Shown: positions 1 through 13,657 of the stretch, piece after piece
Numbering within the stretch: position 1 is the first letter of the stretch
Layout of the letters: each line of letters opens with the position of its first letter
Source of the DNA: the human T2T-CHM13v2.0 reference genome, Homo sapiens
Length of the DNA: 64,000 nucleotides
Assembly (NCBI RefSeq): GCF_009914755.1
Contig: NC_060934.1
Direction: 5' to 3' (one strand)
Notes under the pieces: model-generated
Seen by the model: only the letters and a program-made list of their open reading frames with translations
Database searches by the model: none
Told to the model about the DNA's origin: nothing
Made by a program: the position numbers and the translations under genes

Positions 1-1921
1 GGAAAAGAATCTCCTTTCATTTGTCTAGAGGTTCTGTTAAAGTGCCTTTGCTTCTATTTTGAGACTTGTTCTTAAAAAAAATGCGGATATGAAAGAAAAT
101 AAAAACCACATTATCCCTCCACTTTTTCTTGGAGGAGGATGTGTTGAAGAAGTCAAAGTTCACCATCCCTTTAGATAGAATCATTTTGAACAATTTCATA
201 TGTCAATACATTTTGCTCATCTCTAAATTTCATTTTAGAGCCTGTGGTGTTCTGTGCATGGATATGTGTGCGTGTATGCACACAAAAATAAAAGGAAATA
301 TTTATTCTTATGAATAAGTATAGAAATAAATTAATTTTTGGAATCTCAAACTATCAGAGACTTATGTAATAACCAGAGGCAGGCCTGATTATGTATGGGC
401 AAAGCATTTGTGAACAATGTCTCCATTGTATAACATACAAAACAAGCTTTTCTTCCACATTGGATATGCAAGTCGGCCTTCTCCAATAAGGGCCTGTCTC
501 TTTCCAACTCCCCCCACCTCCCACCTTTGAGCAAACATTATTTATTGTGGCTGATGTGTGATCAGGTCTTGATTTGGGGCCTCTTTTTGATGCCTTCTCT
601 TTGTGGGATCTCACCCACGTGCCCCTGGAGACCCTTTGGCTGCCAGGGCCTTTGTTTCCCAGCCACCCATGTGGTGCCAGTAGTGTCTGCTTTGTAGCGA
701 GCTGTCCCCAGAGCCTCAGCATGGCTTGGGGATGGTCTCTGAGGTTGGGCTTGGATCCCTCCCACTTTTGGGCTCAGAAAGAATGACTGCCCTCTATTTC
801 CCTGTCCCTGCCCTCTCTTATCCTGTTTCCCAGCCCGCATCATGTTATCTTTGCTTCTTGTAACTTACCAAACGATTTATGGGCAAGTAGGGGAGGTGAA
901 GAGGGAACTCATCTATCAAGATAACCTACTTTGTGCCAACCACTGAGCATAGCAATTGTCCCTTCTCCAGCCCTCTGAGGACCGTGGATGGGATTCTCAT
1001 GAAATGAAACAGGTGAGGAACTTTTCTTTTAGGGAACTTGCTTGAGGTCCCACAGGCAGCGAGTATCAATCAACGTCAGGATCTGAGCCCTGTTCTGTTC
1101 GGCTGAAAATATACTCCCTGAGATGGTGTAGGCCACCATGGCTTTCAGCAGGCTCTGTGCTTGGTGGAAGGAAGCTGGAAGCTGTGTACACACCCACGGG
1201 GAACAGGGACCATAGAGGAGCACCTTTTGAGTGCAGAACCTGGCGAAACATACACCTTTAGAGGGATTTTAGGTACCCTTGAGGCTGGGAGAATCAAGCA
1301 GAGCTAAGTTTCCCATTGGGGTGTCACAGACTGAAGAAACAGAGCCCTAGGTAGCACAGGGAAGTTGATTGCCCAGTATCAGTTAGTTTGGCTTTAATGA
1401 CTGAGAAGAGATTCCACCAGTTCATTGAAGAGAGGGCGGACTTTTTATTGGAGGAAAGAAGAGTGCCTGTAAGTAGAGAAGTCTCCGGGGTGTAGTGCTG
1501 TTTGGGGCAGGAAGAACAGTGTGAGCCACTGTGGAGAGAAAGCCCAAAGAGTCTTGGCAGGGCAGGGAGTAGGATGGATTTGAAGCCAGAGGAAGTATGG
1601 GGTCTCTGTAGACTCCAGGCAAGCCATGTTAATATTTTAGGAAGCCGTGATGGAGCTGCAGATGGGTGTGGAAGTTAAAGTTTAACTGTTCATTCACCAG
1701 TCCTTCCCCTGGAGAATGTGCAGCACGTGGACAGTGGAACTTTAAGGTCCTTGGCTTGTATTTCACACCCAAGAGATGAATAGGTCCAGGTATGTCATAG
1801 ACCAGACTAATGAAATAACAAATTTCTTTTCAAAAATTTTACTTTTTGTAGGAAAGCTTCTCTGTCTGGCATTTTTCTTCTCCCAGTTGTGACTCAATCT
1901 TAAACGTCTTCAGACAATTAG

Positions 1922-2272
<351 letters not shown>

Positions 2273-3759
2273 TAGGGTTCCATTTCTTAACCCCTCCTTC
2301 TGATGCCTCAGAAAGTCTTGCTCTGTAAGCCTCTTGTAGCTGCCTCGGTTCAGGGGAAGGGGGAGGCTTTTGTTTTAGGACCGTCCAGACCATAGACACA
2401 TTTCCTGGCACCTAGCACGTGTTGGGTCAAACAGGAATGATGAATGCATGCATGAATGAGGTTCTTAGCGCTGAAGACGGTGTCATAGGTGGTCTACCAC
2501 GCCGCCTGATCATTCCAATGGCCCATTATGAATGTGTGTGCTGCAGGGCCCTCCCACGATCCCGTCAGCACTGTGCATGTTGTGGGGAGGTGCTGGGAGA
2601 AAGACTGGGTCTCAGAAGATGGGTTAGAGGTGGGTCCTTCTCTGCTGCTGGCTAGCAGGGTAGCTGTGGAGGGGTGCCCCATCTTGCTGGTCTTAAATTT
2701 TCTCACTGTAGGCAGGGAGCATGACCTGGCTGAATTCTAAGTCCTTTTCTACTCTGAGGTTCATTGTGGGTGTGACCTGCTGGGCTCAGCTCTGGCTTTG
2801 GGAGACACCCTCTCCCCTTGATCTCGACAACCCCTTAGCAGAGCCCAGTGGCTCCTACAGTGCCCTGAGCTGCTTGCCCGAAGGATGCGGTTGTGGTTAT
2901 CTCACCCCCTGCCACCCTGTTTGCGCAAGGGTTTGAGATTGTGTGGCCCCTCCTTGTACTTCGGGGTGAGGCTTGCTCCAGAAAGGTGGTCTGCAAAGGG
3001 GTTGGCTGGGGGGGAGGAGGAAGTCATTCTCCAAGTGTTTGTCCTCATCGTTATCCCAAATTGCTTGCCTGGAATAAGGAAGGAAAGAAAAAAAAATACT
3101 CTTGAGTGGTTTGGGCCAGGATTTTAGCTGATGGATCTGGTAGTTCCCTCTGTCAGATTTGTTTTCTTTGAACTGTCTGGGCCGGTCACAGTGTCATTGT
3201 TTAAATGTGGAATGTAGGTGTTCTGTGTTCTGGGAAATAAAAACCAAAACTGGTCCAGGGGATCCACAGAGGTAAGAAAAGAACATTCCAATAGGAATGT
3301 TTCAGAACCAGGAGGGGAGGAGAGAAAAACGGCTCTGTTGGTCTCCTAGAGGAAGAACTTGTTAGATTTGGGGAGAGTCAGGATAAATTTGACCCTAAGA
3401 GTCTCTGATTCCTTTTAGAGACTTTTCTTATAAGAAATAAAATGGAACTTGGGAGAGGCGGCAACTTGGGAAACAGCACATTCTGCCGTAATGAAAGTCG
3501 TCCCATAAGAATTTCTCTATCCCTTTAGCCAAATTTCTGTTTCTAAAAGGGGAAAAGGGGCTAGAGATAGGCTTGTTTGTTTTCTTAGTTGAATCTTACT
3601 TTTTGTATTTCCAGCCCATTCTGCAGGGTAAGAACAAGCACAGCCCGAGGGCTCACTCAGTGTGATGTTCTAGAGCCTGGCTCTGCCTCAATCCCTCACG
3701 CTGGAGGATCAGGCAGCAGGGGCCAGTGATGGATTTTTTTTTCTTCCTTTCCTCCCCTA

Positions 3760-4030
3760 TTAATATTTACTGAGGTATAAATTACAGCAAAGTGCGCAGA
3801 CCTAGGTATCTAGGACTGTGAGGTTTTCCTGTGTTACCTGTGTAACCACGACCCAGATCAAGATAAGGAACTTTTCTGGCATCTCAGAGGCTCTTCCTGC
3901 TCCCTTTCAGACTCCGTCTCCCAGAAGGAACTACTTCTGATTCCTATAGCCATAGACTGAATTTTCTTTTCCAACTTCATATGCATAGGATCATCATGGG
4001 TGTTTTAATTTTAATTTCATGTCTGCTTGC
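3760..4030 (-). mobile_element. Old L1M (L1MB/L1MC/L1ME-like) 3' fragment
   Basis: tttactgaggtataaattaca...acctgtgtaaccacgacccagatcaagata...ctattctg-type motifs typical of antisense old L1 3' ends; boundaries approximate. Confidence 0.6.
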
Positions 4031-6231
4031 CACTCCCAAATGGAAATGTGTTGGCATCTCTGGATGTTTCTTCATAAGAAACATGCCCTGTGGGGCAAAG
4101 CCCAGGACAGGGCTGTGCTGCTGCTGGAAGTCCTGTGCAGCTGGCCAGCCTCTGCTCACCCCTCCGGCCACGCTGGCACTTTCAGCTTCTCCAGCCTCCT
4201 GCCCTTCCCACTTCCAGTCCTGCACCTGCTGTCCTCACTGATGCACCTGCCCTTTTCCTTCCGTCCTTTATGTGGCACACCCTTAAGGGAGACATCTTCC
4301 TGTCTGTGTTTTGCACCCTCTTAAAACTACATTCCTTTCCCTTCAGCATTGGCATCTCTGTCCTTGTGTATTACCTGGGATGACTATTCAGTTAACAAAT
4401 GCTTTCTTCCTAGGCTGTGAGCCCAAGTTTGTTGGATGATTGGATGGGGGCACGTTGTGTGAGAGAAGGATCATGGGGTAGCATCTGGCTCTCTTAGAGG
4501 TGTGTGGGGGCGTGTGATGCCTGCCAAGGCGCTTTCGTTCTGGGGGGTTCTGTGTGTTTGAAGCACTTGGGTTGTGTGTCCCTGAGGCCTCCGTCACGGG
4601 CAACCTCATTCCTTCTCTAGCCTCCATCCCCTGCCCCCTGCCCACCCCAGGCCTCTGGAGCTGGCTCCCTTTCCTGCTCACTCTCTTTTGGCCAGGATTT
4701 TAACATATATCACAGGCTGGTAGGCTAAGAGCTTGGGACTTCCCCTCACCACACTCAAAGCCTTTGATCTTTTGCTTTGGAGGTAACATCAAAAGGAAGG
4801 CTGAGGAAGACAGCCAGGCTGTGAAGTTCAACGTTCAAGTTAATAGCTTGACTGAAGGTTGTGCTGCGTTGTGGCAGCATCACCGAGGCTGGAGTAAACA
4901 GAGTGATTCTGCCACATTTTCCTGGAAATGCACCCCAATATTGGAAGAGGGCTTCTTTTACATTCGGAATGAATTCAGGCTGTAGTCAGAGCTGCTTTTC
5001 CCTTTCCCCATTTTCCTTGGAAGTGTGAAAACTTGGGGGAGAAGATGTTTGTAGGAGGGCATGATGAGGGGTAGAGGAAGCCCAAAGAGAGGATCTGGGG
5101 AGGGGAAGCCCCATGGGATGAGACTCTGAAGTTATCCTTGCCCCGATTCCGGGACTTGCTATCTGCCTGCCTTTTGGCGTGGTGTCTCTGTGCCCCTGAC
5201 TGTTCCTGATTTAGCGAGGTGTTTCTGAATTCTGATGGAATTCAAAGAAGCCTGGGCAGGCAGGCAGCTTGACTTGGGGCTTGGGGAAGTGTGCAGCCCA
5301 GACATAGCAGCGATGAGAGGGCCTCAGGGCTGAGGGCTGAGATGAGAATTTCATCACATGCAAAAGTGAAAGCGACCCATCGTCTTCTCCACTTGATCTC
5401 TTGCTGAGCTTTGCAGACACTTTGGTTGTTGTTTAATTTAACATTTTCTGCAATGCTCCTTTTTTCAGATTTTCATCCAAAGCTCTGTATGAGAGGTTTT
5501 CAAACCCATTTTGGCCCTGATTCTATTTGGCATACGATTCAACTCTGGGGATGGTCATCTTCCCCACACCTGCGTTGGGTACCTTTTTGGTGTATGCTCA
5601 GAGCATCCTTGGACATCTTCCTGGTCAGTGTCCAGCATCGTGAAGCTGCCCTTTAGCCTCTCAGTGCCCCCAGATACACCTGTCTCTCTGCGTAGCGGCA
5701 CTCAGCGTCACCTTTCTGTGGGGTCTTGAGACCCTGATGATATCAGCACTATGCTGCCAGAATTCCCCTTGGATTCTTTAGTGTGGCTTCTCAAGCATCC
5801 CTTATCGCTATAACGCCTTCATGGTTTTTGGCATAACTGTATACTACCTGTGCTATTATTTATTTGATGCATTCAAACATTTGATTCATTTATTTAAACT
5901 CAGTCTCACTGTAATCCTTAATTAACACCTGTGAAATTATAGGTTTGATGTGCTACTTATTTATTTATTTTTTAATACACATTAGTATAATCCCGTAACG
6001 GCTAAAGTAACACTTTGTACTGCCTAAAACCATGCTTGGGAGCGCCACAGTTTGAGAAAGTGCTTAGCCTTCCTTTCCCTCCTTTAGTGACTTGTGGTTT
6101 GGGGCATCTGTTGACTCCTAGGGCTCCCTTGTTCATCTTTCTGTTCCTAAGCTCAGGGATTAGTTGCTCAACCCAGGTGTGGCCTCAAAATTCTGCTCAT
6201 GGAATAGCCTCAGGCTTCTATAAATCTCATC

Positions 6232-6451
6232 TTTTTTGTTTTGTTTTGTTTTTGTTTTTGAGACTGAGTCTTGCTCTGTTGCCCAGGCTGGAGCACAGTG
6301 GCGCAATCCACTGTAACCATTGCGTTCTGGGTTCAAGCGATCCTCCCATCTCAGACTCCCAAGTAGCTGGGACTGTAGGCTGGTACCACCAGGCCCGACT
6401 AATTTTTAAATTTTTTGAAGAGATGGGGTCTCACTATATTGCCCATGCCGG
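6232..6451 (-). mobile_element. AluJ, partial
   Basis: (TTTTG)n tail, antisense right arm and linker, truncated in the left arm. Confidence 0.9.
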
Positions 6452-7598
6452 AAGTCTAGTTTTATAGTGATGAGAATTCATCTGGGGTCCAAGGGGCCCT
6501 CCTGTGTTGCTTCCTGTGCTCCCCTCTAAATAAAGATACTCCTTCCAAGTTGTCCTGATTTTCAGGTCATCACCATTTTTTGAGCTGGATGGGGAAGTTG
6601 GCCTGGAGCAGCCTTCCCTGTCTCCGAGTTGCATTACCTCCTGAGAGGTCTCAGCAAATCACTGCCATCTCTTGATCAGAGTTGCTGGCAAGAGTCCTCT
6701 GTGGTTCTAGGTTTTCAGCCCTGGAGACTCTCGCCTGCATTCATTATACATGTCCTTTTGGTGCCTTGTTGAAAGGCATCTCCTGCCACCGAAGGGTGTG
6801 GGCTTCTGGAAATTCTCAGAAAACACAATATGCCAGCCTCCAGGGATGGGTCTCCAAAGCTTCAGGAACATATCCTGGGGTGTTGAGGAAACACCCACCT
6901 TAAAATGTTCCTCAAGGGGGAATGTTACTGCTTGCCCTAACCCTCTTGAGCTGATGCTCACATGACGTCCCTGAGATGGGCTTCTTTTTTGCCCGTACTT
7001 AAAGCTGTAAAGGGCCATTGTCAAATTTGTTTAGCTTCTCAATTCATGTTCCTTAGAGGATGGTAAATTAAAGTTAGCATTCCTGGACAGAGCCTTTCAT
7101 ACATTGAAGACAACCCGGTGAGTCTCAAGGGGAGAGGTAAGGGAGAGATGAAAGGTTTTCTCCAGGCCTGTTCGGCAGCATGGACTGTTCTTTTAGGTAA
7201 TTAAGGGAGACCATAAAAGACAATTGTGTGAGTCCATTTACCTTTCACTTGGGGGTCTTAAGTCTTTGGTTGGGCTTCTTTAACCCTGTGTGTCACCCAC
7301 GGGCTCCTATGGGTGCTGTTTTCATTGTTCCGTTATCTAGTTGGCTGGAACACACCTTTGGGGATTGGAGAATGGAGTTCTGGGGGCTTTGGGAACTTTG
7401 AGTTTTCCTGCAATGTCCTATAGAAGCTTGAGTCTGTGATTCCTGGGCAGGGCCTTCTCCTAGTTGAGTGAGATTGGTGGGGCAGGGCAGCCAGTTAGGG
7501 GGTCATGGGAGCAGGTGTGGAAAAGGTTATATGTCTTAGTAATTCTTTGTGACAATCACCCTCATTCATTGATATCTTCTTCCTATCATGTATTAGGG

Positions 7599-7740
7599 CA
7601 GTGGTTCCCCCAATGTGCTGCACATTAGGTTCACCTGGAGAGCTTTTATAAAAATGCCAATGCCCGGGGCCCACTTTGGGAGGAGCCAGGCATCAGTAAT
7701 TTCAAAGGTCTCTAAATGATTTACAGTTTGGGAATCACCG
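7599..7740. mobile_element. MER5-family hAT-Charlie DNA transposon
   Basis: cagtggttc...tcacctggagagctt...aaaaatgc...gtttgggaatcaccg resembles MER5 termini and body. Confidence 0.7.
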
Positions 7741-7779
7741 TATGAGGATAGTAAGCTCTGAGTCCTATGCGTTCTGTGC

Positions 7780-7925
7780 CGAACACCCATGAAGCAGTCT
7801 TCCAAGCATTTTACCTGCATCATCTCAATTCTCACACTGTTAAGGAGATAGACAGTATCATCTCCATTTTGTAGACAAGACAACTGAATCTCAGAGAGGT
7901 TTAAGTCTCAGGACACCAAGGTCAT
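7780..7925. mobile_element. MIR fragment
   Basis: MIR core ...atctccattttgtagacaagacaactgaatctcagagaggtttaag... Confidence 0.7.
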
Positions 7926-8015
7926 TATTAATCAGGGGGACTGTGATTGCTCCCTTTATAAAATGTAGGAGATATTGTGGAGTACGGTTGAGAAACCATT
8001 GCAATAGTTTTCTTA

Positions 8016-8323
<308 letters not shown>

Positions 8324-8714
8324 GGAAATTAGTGGTGGAAGGTGACTTTGCATCTGGGCGTATCTGCCTGCAGAGTTGGTGTCCTTACCTTGAAGAAACC
8401 CTGCTTTAGTTGGAGTATCCTTAATGGTTAGTGGCAGGAGGGGAGGAGTGGTTCCTGGGAGACTGGAACAAAATATGGTACCTGAATGCTTAAGGCTTGG
8501 CAGATGAGCAGTCATTTTCTTACACAGAGCTTAGGAAAGGGCATCCAGGTAGAGGAATCAGCATGAACAAAAGCACAGGGCCATAGAGTTCTCAGAAGGA
8601 AAGATGGGGTTAACCGGAGCCAAGCCAGAGATCTGGTGGTAGTGGGGGGTTTCCAAGCTAGAATGGTTGTGTGGTATTCTGTCCTCAGGGGCTTTGAACT
8701 CTGTGTGCTAATGA

Positions 8715-8820
8715 GGCCTCAAATTCTCTGGGGCTCTGGTTAAAATGTAGATTCTGATATCAGTTGGCTTGGGTGGGGCCTTGCATTTCTGTAAGCCCTT
8801 AGCAGTTGCACTGCTGCTAC
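8715..8820. mobile_element. MER5A-like fragment abutting the minisatellite
   Basis: gttaaaatgtagattctgatatcagttggcttgggtggggccttgcatttctgtaagccc...ctgctgct matches the MER5A body. Confidence 0.65.
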
Positions 8821-8824
8821 TACC

Positions 8825-9387
8825 GTGAGTATTGCTGTTGAGCATTACTACCTTGAGTATTGCTGTCAAGTGTTACTACCTTGAGTATTGCTGTTGAGTA
8901 TTACTGTCGAATTTTACTACCTTGAGTGTTGCTGTTGAGTATTACTACCTTGAGTGTTGCTGTTGAATATTACTACTTTGAGTATTACTGTTGAGCATAA
9001 CCACTTTGAGTATTGCTCTTGAGTATTACCACCTTGAGTATTGCTTTTGAGTGCTACTGCCTTGAGTATCGCTGTTGAGTATTGCTACCTTGAATATTAC
9101 TGTTGAGTATTACCACCTTGAGTATTGCTCTTGAGTATTACCACCTTGAGTTTTGTTCTTGAGTATTGCTACCTTGAGTATTGCTGTTGAGCATTACTAC
9201 CTTGAGTATTGCTGTTGAGCATTACTACCTTGAGTATTGCTGTTGAGCATTACTACCTCAAGGATTGCTCTTGAGCTTTACCGCCTCAAGTATTGCTCTT
9301 GAGCGTTACTGCCTCGAGTATTGCCGTTGAGTATTACTCCCTTGAGTATTGCCATTGAGTTTAGTCCTGTGAGTATTGCTGCTACTG
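8825..9387. repeat. Minisatellite, ~19 copies of a 28-bp dimeric unit TTGAGTATTGCTG-TTGAGTATTACTACC
   Basis: Parsed by hand: 13-bp + 15-bp related subunits alternate; one 41-bp unit (13+13+15) at 8881-8921; three identical units at 9174-9257. Confidence 0.95.
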
Positions 9388-9395
9388 CGCCTTGG

Positions 9396-9573
9396 CAATG
9401 GTTTTCAAACTTTGCAACACATCAGAATCACTTGGGAAACCTTTAAAATTCTAACGCCCAGGTCACATCCCATTCCAACTAGATCAGAACATCTGGGGAA
9501 TGCGAGCCATGCACCAGTAGTTATAAAACCTGCCCAGGTGATTCCAAAGTGTGGGAACCTTTGAGAAGCACTG
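9396..9573. mobile_element. MER5B-like DNA transposon, near full length
   Basis: caatggttttcaaacttt...catcagaatcacttgggaa...cccaggtgattcc...tttgagaagcactg with both terminal inverted repeats. Confidence 0.8.
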
Positions 9574-10235
9574 CTTTAGGGGTTGGAATAGTCCTGGCTG
9601 AATTTTAATCAGGGAAGACTGACTGCTCCGTTTATGAAACGTAGGAGAGTGGAGCAGGGTTGAGAAACCATCGGGATAGTGTTCTTACTTTGTTACGTGA
9701 GCAATATTTGTTGAGTCTCTGTGGTGGGTTCTAGGGGTTCAGAGGACAGCAGTGTGCTGCTAGGATGGTGGTCTGAACTAGTGGAAAGGCACTCAAAGGA
9801 AGAAAGACAGAATTCTAAGAGGAGAGGAATTTTAGGAAGGAGATACCCAGGACTTTTGAATTACAGGTAATTTGATCAGAACCCAAAACTGAAATGTCTC
9901 TGCTCTGTGATGAAAGGGTTTGCTGGCATTGAGTAAGGAGCTGCAGGAAGGCCTTTAACTTGTCTCCAGGTCTCTTAACAGCTTTGTCATTTACATACAA
10001 GCACCTGCCTGGCTAAACCATTCATTTCTGTAGCTTCCTTCTGGATCTGTCTAGGGAATATTTGCTTTGCATATTTTGGGGTTATCTTAAGTGTTTGAAG
10101 GAACCAAAATATTTTTCTTAAAAATAACACTCAAATGTAGTTCACATGATTAATTTTGACTGATTTGTGAGAATCAGTAAGTGCTGACTGACTGAGGCGC
10201 CCCACACATCCGGCTTCCTTCTGTTACTCTACGCG

Positions 10236-11342
<1,107 letters not shown>

Positions 11343-11810
11343 AAACTTGGATGCAAAAAGAAGTTGAGTTAACACAGGAGGACAGGGGTAGACGCACCAA
11401 GGGCATGTGCCTCGAGTGCGTGGTCCTTATTAAGAAGGGTGGTTAGACAGGGAATGGGTTAGTTCCCAGGTCGGCATTCAGCTGAAACAGTGATGGTTAA
11501 AATTCTGAAAAATGTCCACGCTCTGCATTCTCTTCCTAACACCCAGGACCCAGTAACTATAAAGCCCCCTACCCTGGGGCATAGCAGGGGGCTTCAGGGA
11601 CCCATGAGAAGGTCATCTGCTGCTAGTTACACTCCTTCTGGGACCTGATTTAGACAGTTTGGTGGTAGTTTTGCGAGGGTTAATTTCAGGGCCAAGGATG
11701 CTTCTAGAATGGAAATACCTTCTTGACATTGGGAGCTTTATTGGTTGATTATGTCAATGTGAGAATTCAGGAAGCCCAGTGCTAATCCTCCATCCTAAAA
11801 GGAGTAGATT

Positions 11811-12115
11811 GGCTGGGCGTGGTGGCGCATGCCTGTAATCCCAGCACTTTGGGAGGCCGAGGGGGCGCGGATCACCTGAGGTCAGGAGTTCAAGACCAAC
11901 ATGGCGAAACCCCGTCTCTACTAAAAATACATAAATTAGCCAGGTGTGGTGGTGGGCGCCTGTAATGCCACCTACTCGGGAGGCTGAGGCAGGGAGAATT
12001 GCTTGATCCCAGGAGGCGGAGGCTGCAGTGAGCCAAGATTGTGCCACTGCCCTCCAGCCTGGGCGACAGAGCGAGACTTCATCTCACAAAAACAAACAAA
12101 CAAACAAACAAAAAC
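11811..12115 (+). mobile_element. AluS with (AAAC)n tail
   Basis: Sense Alu; TSD-like ctaaaaggag(ta)gatt on both sides. Confidence 0.93.
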
Positions 12116-12205
12116 TAAAAGGAGATTTCCTCCTTCTGTCCTTTATGGGAGACTTCAACCTTGGGAAAGTCTGGAATCCTTGGACATTAGAAATTCTGAA
12201 GTTTT

Positions 12206-12577
<372 letters not shown>

Positions 12578-12746
12578 TTAATGTTTGCAGAGCACTTTGA
12601 AATCCTCAGATGAAAGGCACCGGAGAAGCACAAAGTATTATTATTTATTATTAGCTTGCCCCAGAATGGAGGCGCATGAGGCCCTGGCAGCTCCCTGCCT
12701 CGTGCCAGGTGTGATCCTCCTGCTGGGCTTTTCCTGCCTGATGAGC

Positions 12747-13086
12747 TTTTTTTTTTTTTTTTTTTTTGAGATCAGGTTCAGCTCTGTCGCCCAGGCTGGA
12801 GTGCAGTGGCATGAAAACAGTTCACTGCACACAGCTCACTGCACTGCAGCCTCAAACACCTGGGCTCAAGCAATCCCCCTGCCTCAGCCTCCCAGGTAAC
12901 TGGGACTATATACTACAGGCATGCGCCACCACTCCTGGCTAATTAAAAAAAATTTTTTTTTGTAGAGATGGGGGTCTCACTATGTTGCCCAGGCTGGTCT
13001 CAAACTCCTGGGCCTCAAAGATGCCAAAGGTTCACACCTTGGCCTCTCAAAGTGCTGAGATGACAGGCGTGAGCCACTGTGCCTGT
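12747..13086 (-). mobile_element. AluJ
   Basis: Poly-T, antisense dimer with J-type ggggtctcactatgttgcccagg. Confidence 0.9.
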
Positions 13087-13363
13087 GCTCAATTGATTTT
13101 CTTTATTAAAGAAACATGGAAGAAAGTGAAGGATGAGAATCAGTAACGTAACGTGTGCTTCAGATTGTGGACAAGTGATGTGAAGGAAACACATTGGTCC
13201 CACTGTGGTGACAGAGCAGGGGTTTCCTTACCTGGCAAGGTTGCGGCTGCCATTCCTTGGGGTCTGGGGTTAAGACCATCTGCCTGAGGGTAACGCAGTA
13301 ATAAATCAGTACTAAAGGGCGTACTAAAGTACTGTATTGCTAGGCTAGGCCATGCTTGGTGTA

Positions 13364-13657
13364 TTTTTTTTTTTTTTTAATTGAGACGGAGTCTTGCTTT
13401 GTTGCCCAGGCTGGAGTGCAGTGGTGTGATCTCGGCTCACTACAACCTCTGCTGCCCAGTTTCAAGTGATTCTCCTGCCTTAGCCTCCTGAGTAGCTGGG
13501 ATTACAGGCACGTGCTACCATGCTTGGCTAGTTTTAAAATATTTTTAGTAGAGATTGGGTTTTGCCGTGTTGTCCAAGCTGGTCTCAAACTCCTGACCTC
13601 AAGGGATCAGCCCACCTCGGCCTCCCGAAGTGCTGGGATTACAGGCATGAGCCTGGC
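13364..13657 (-). mobile_element. AluS
   Basis: Antisense Alu; TSD tggtgtattt on both sides. Confidence 0.93.

Noticed and set aside
8825-9387. CRISPR-like array
   Set aside because: Units are head-to-tail with no unique spacers, there are no cas genes, and the context is a human intron; it is a minisatellite.
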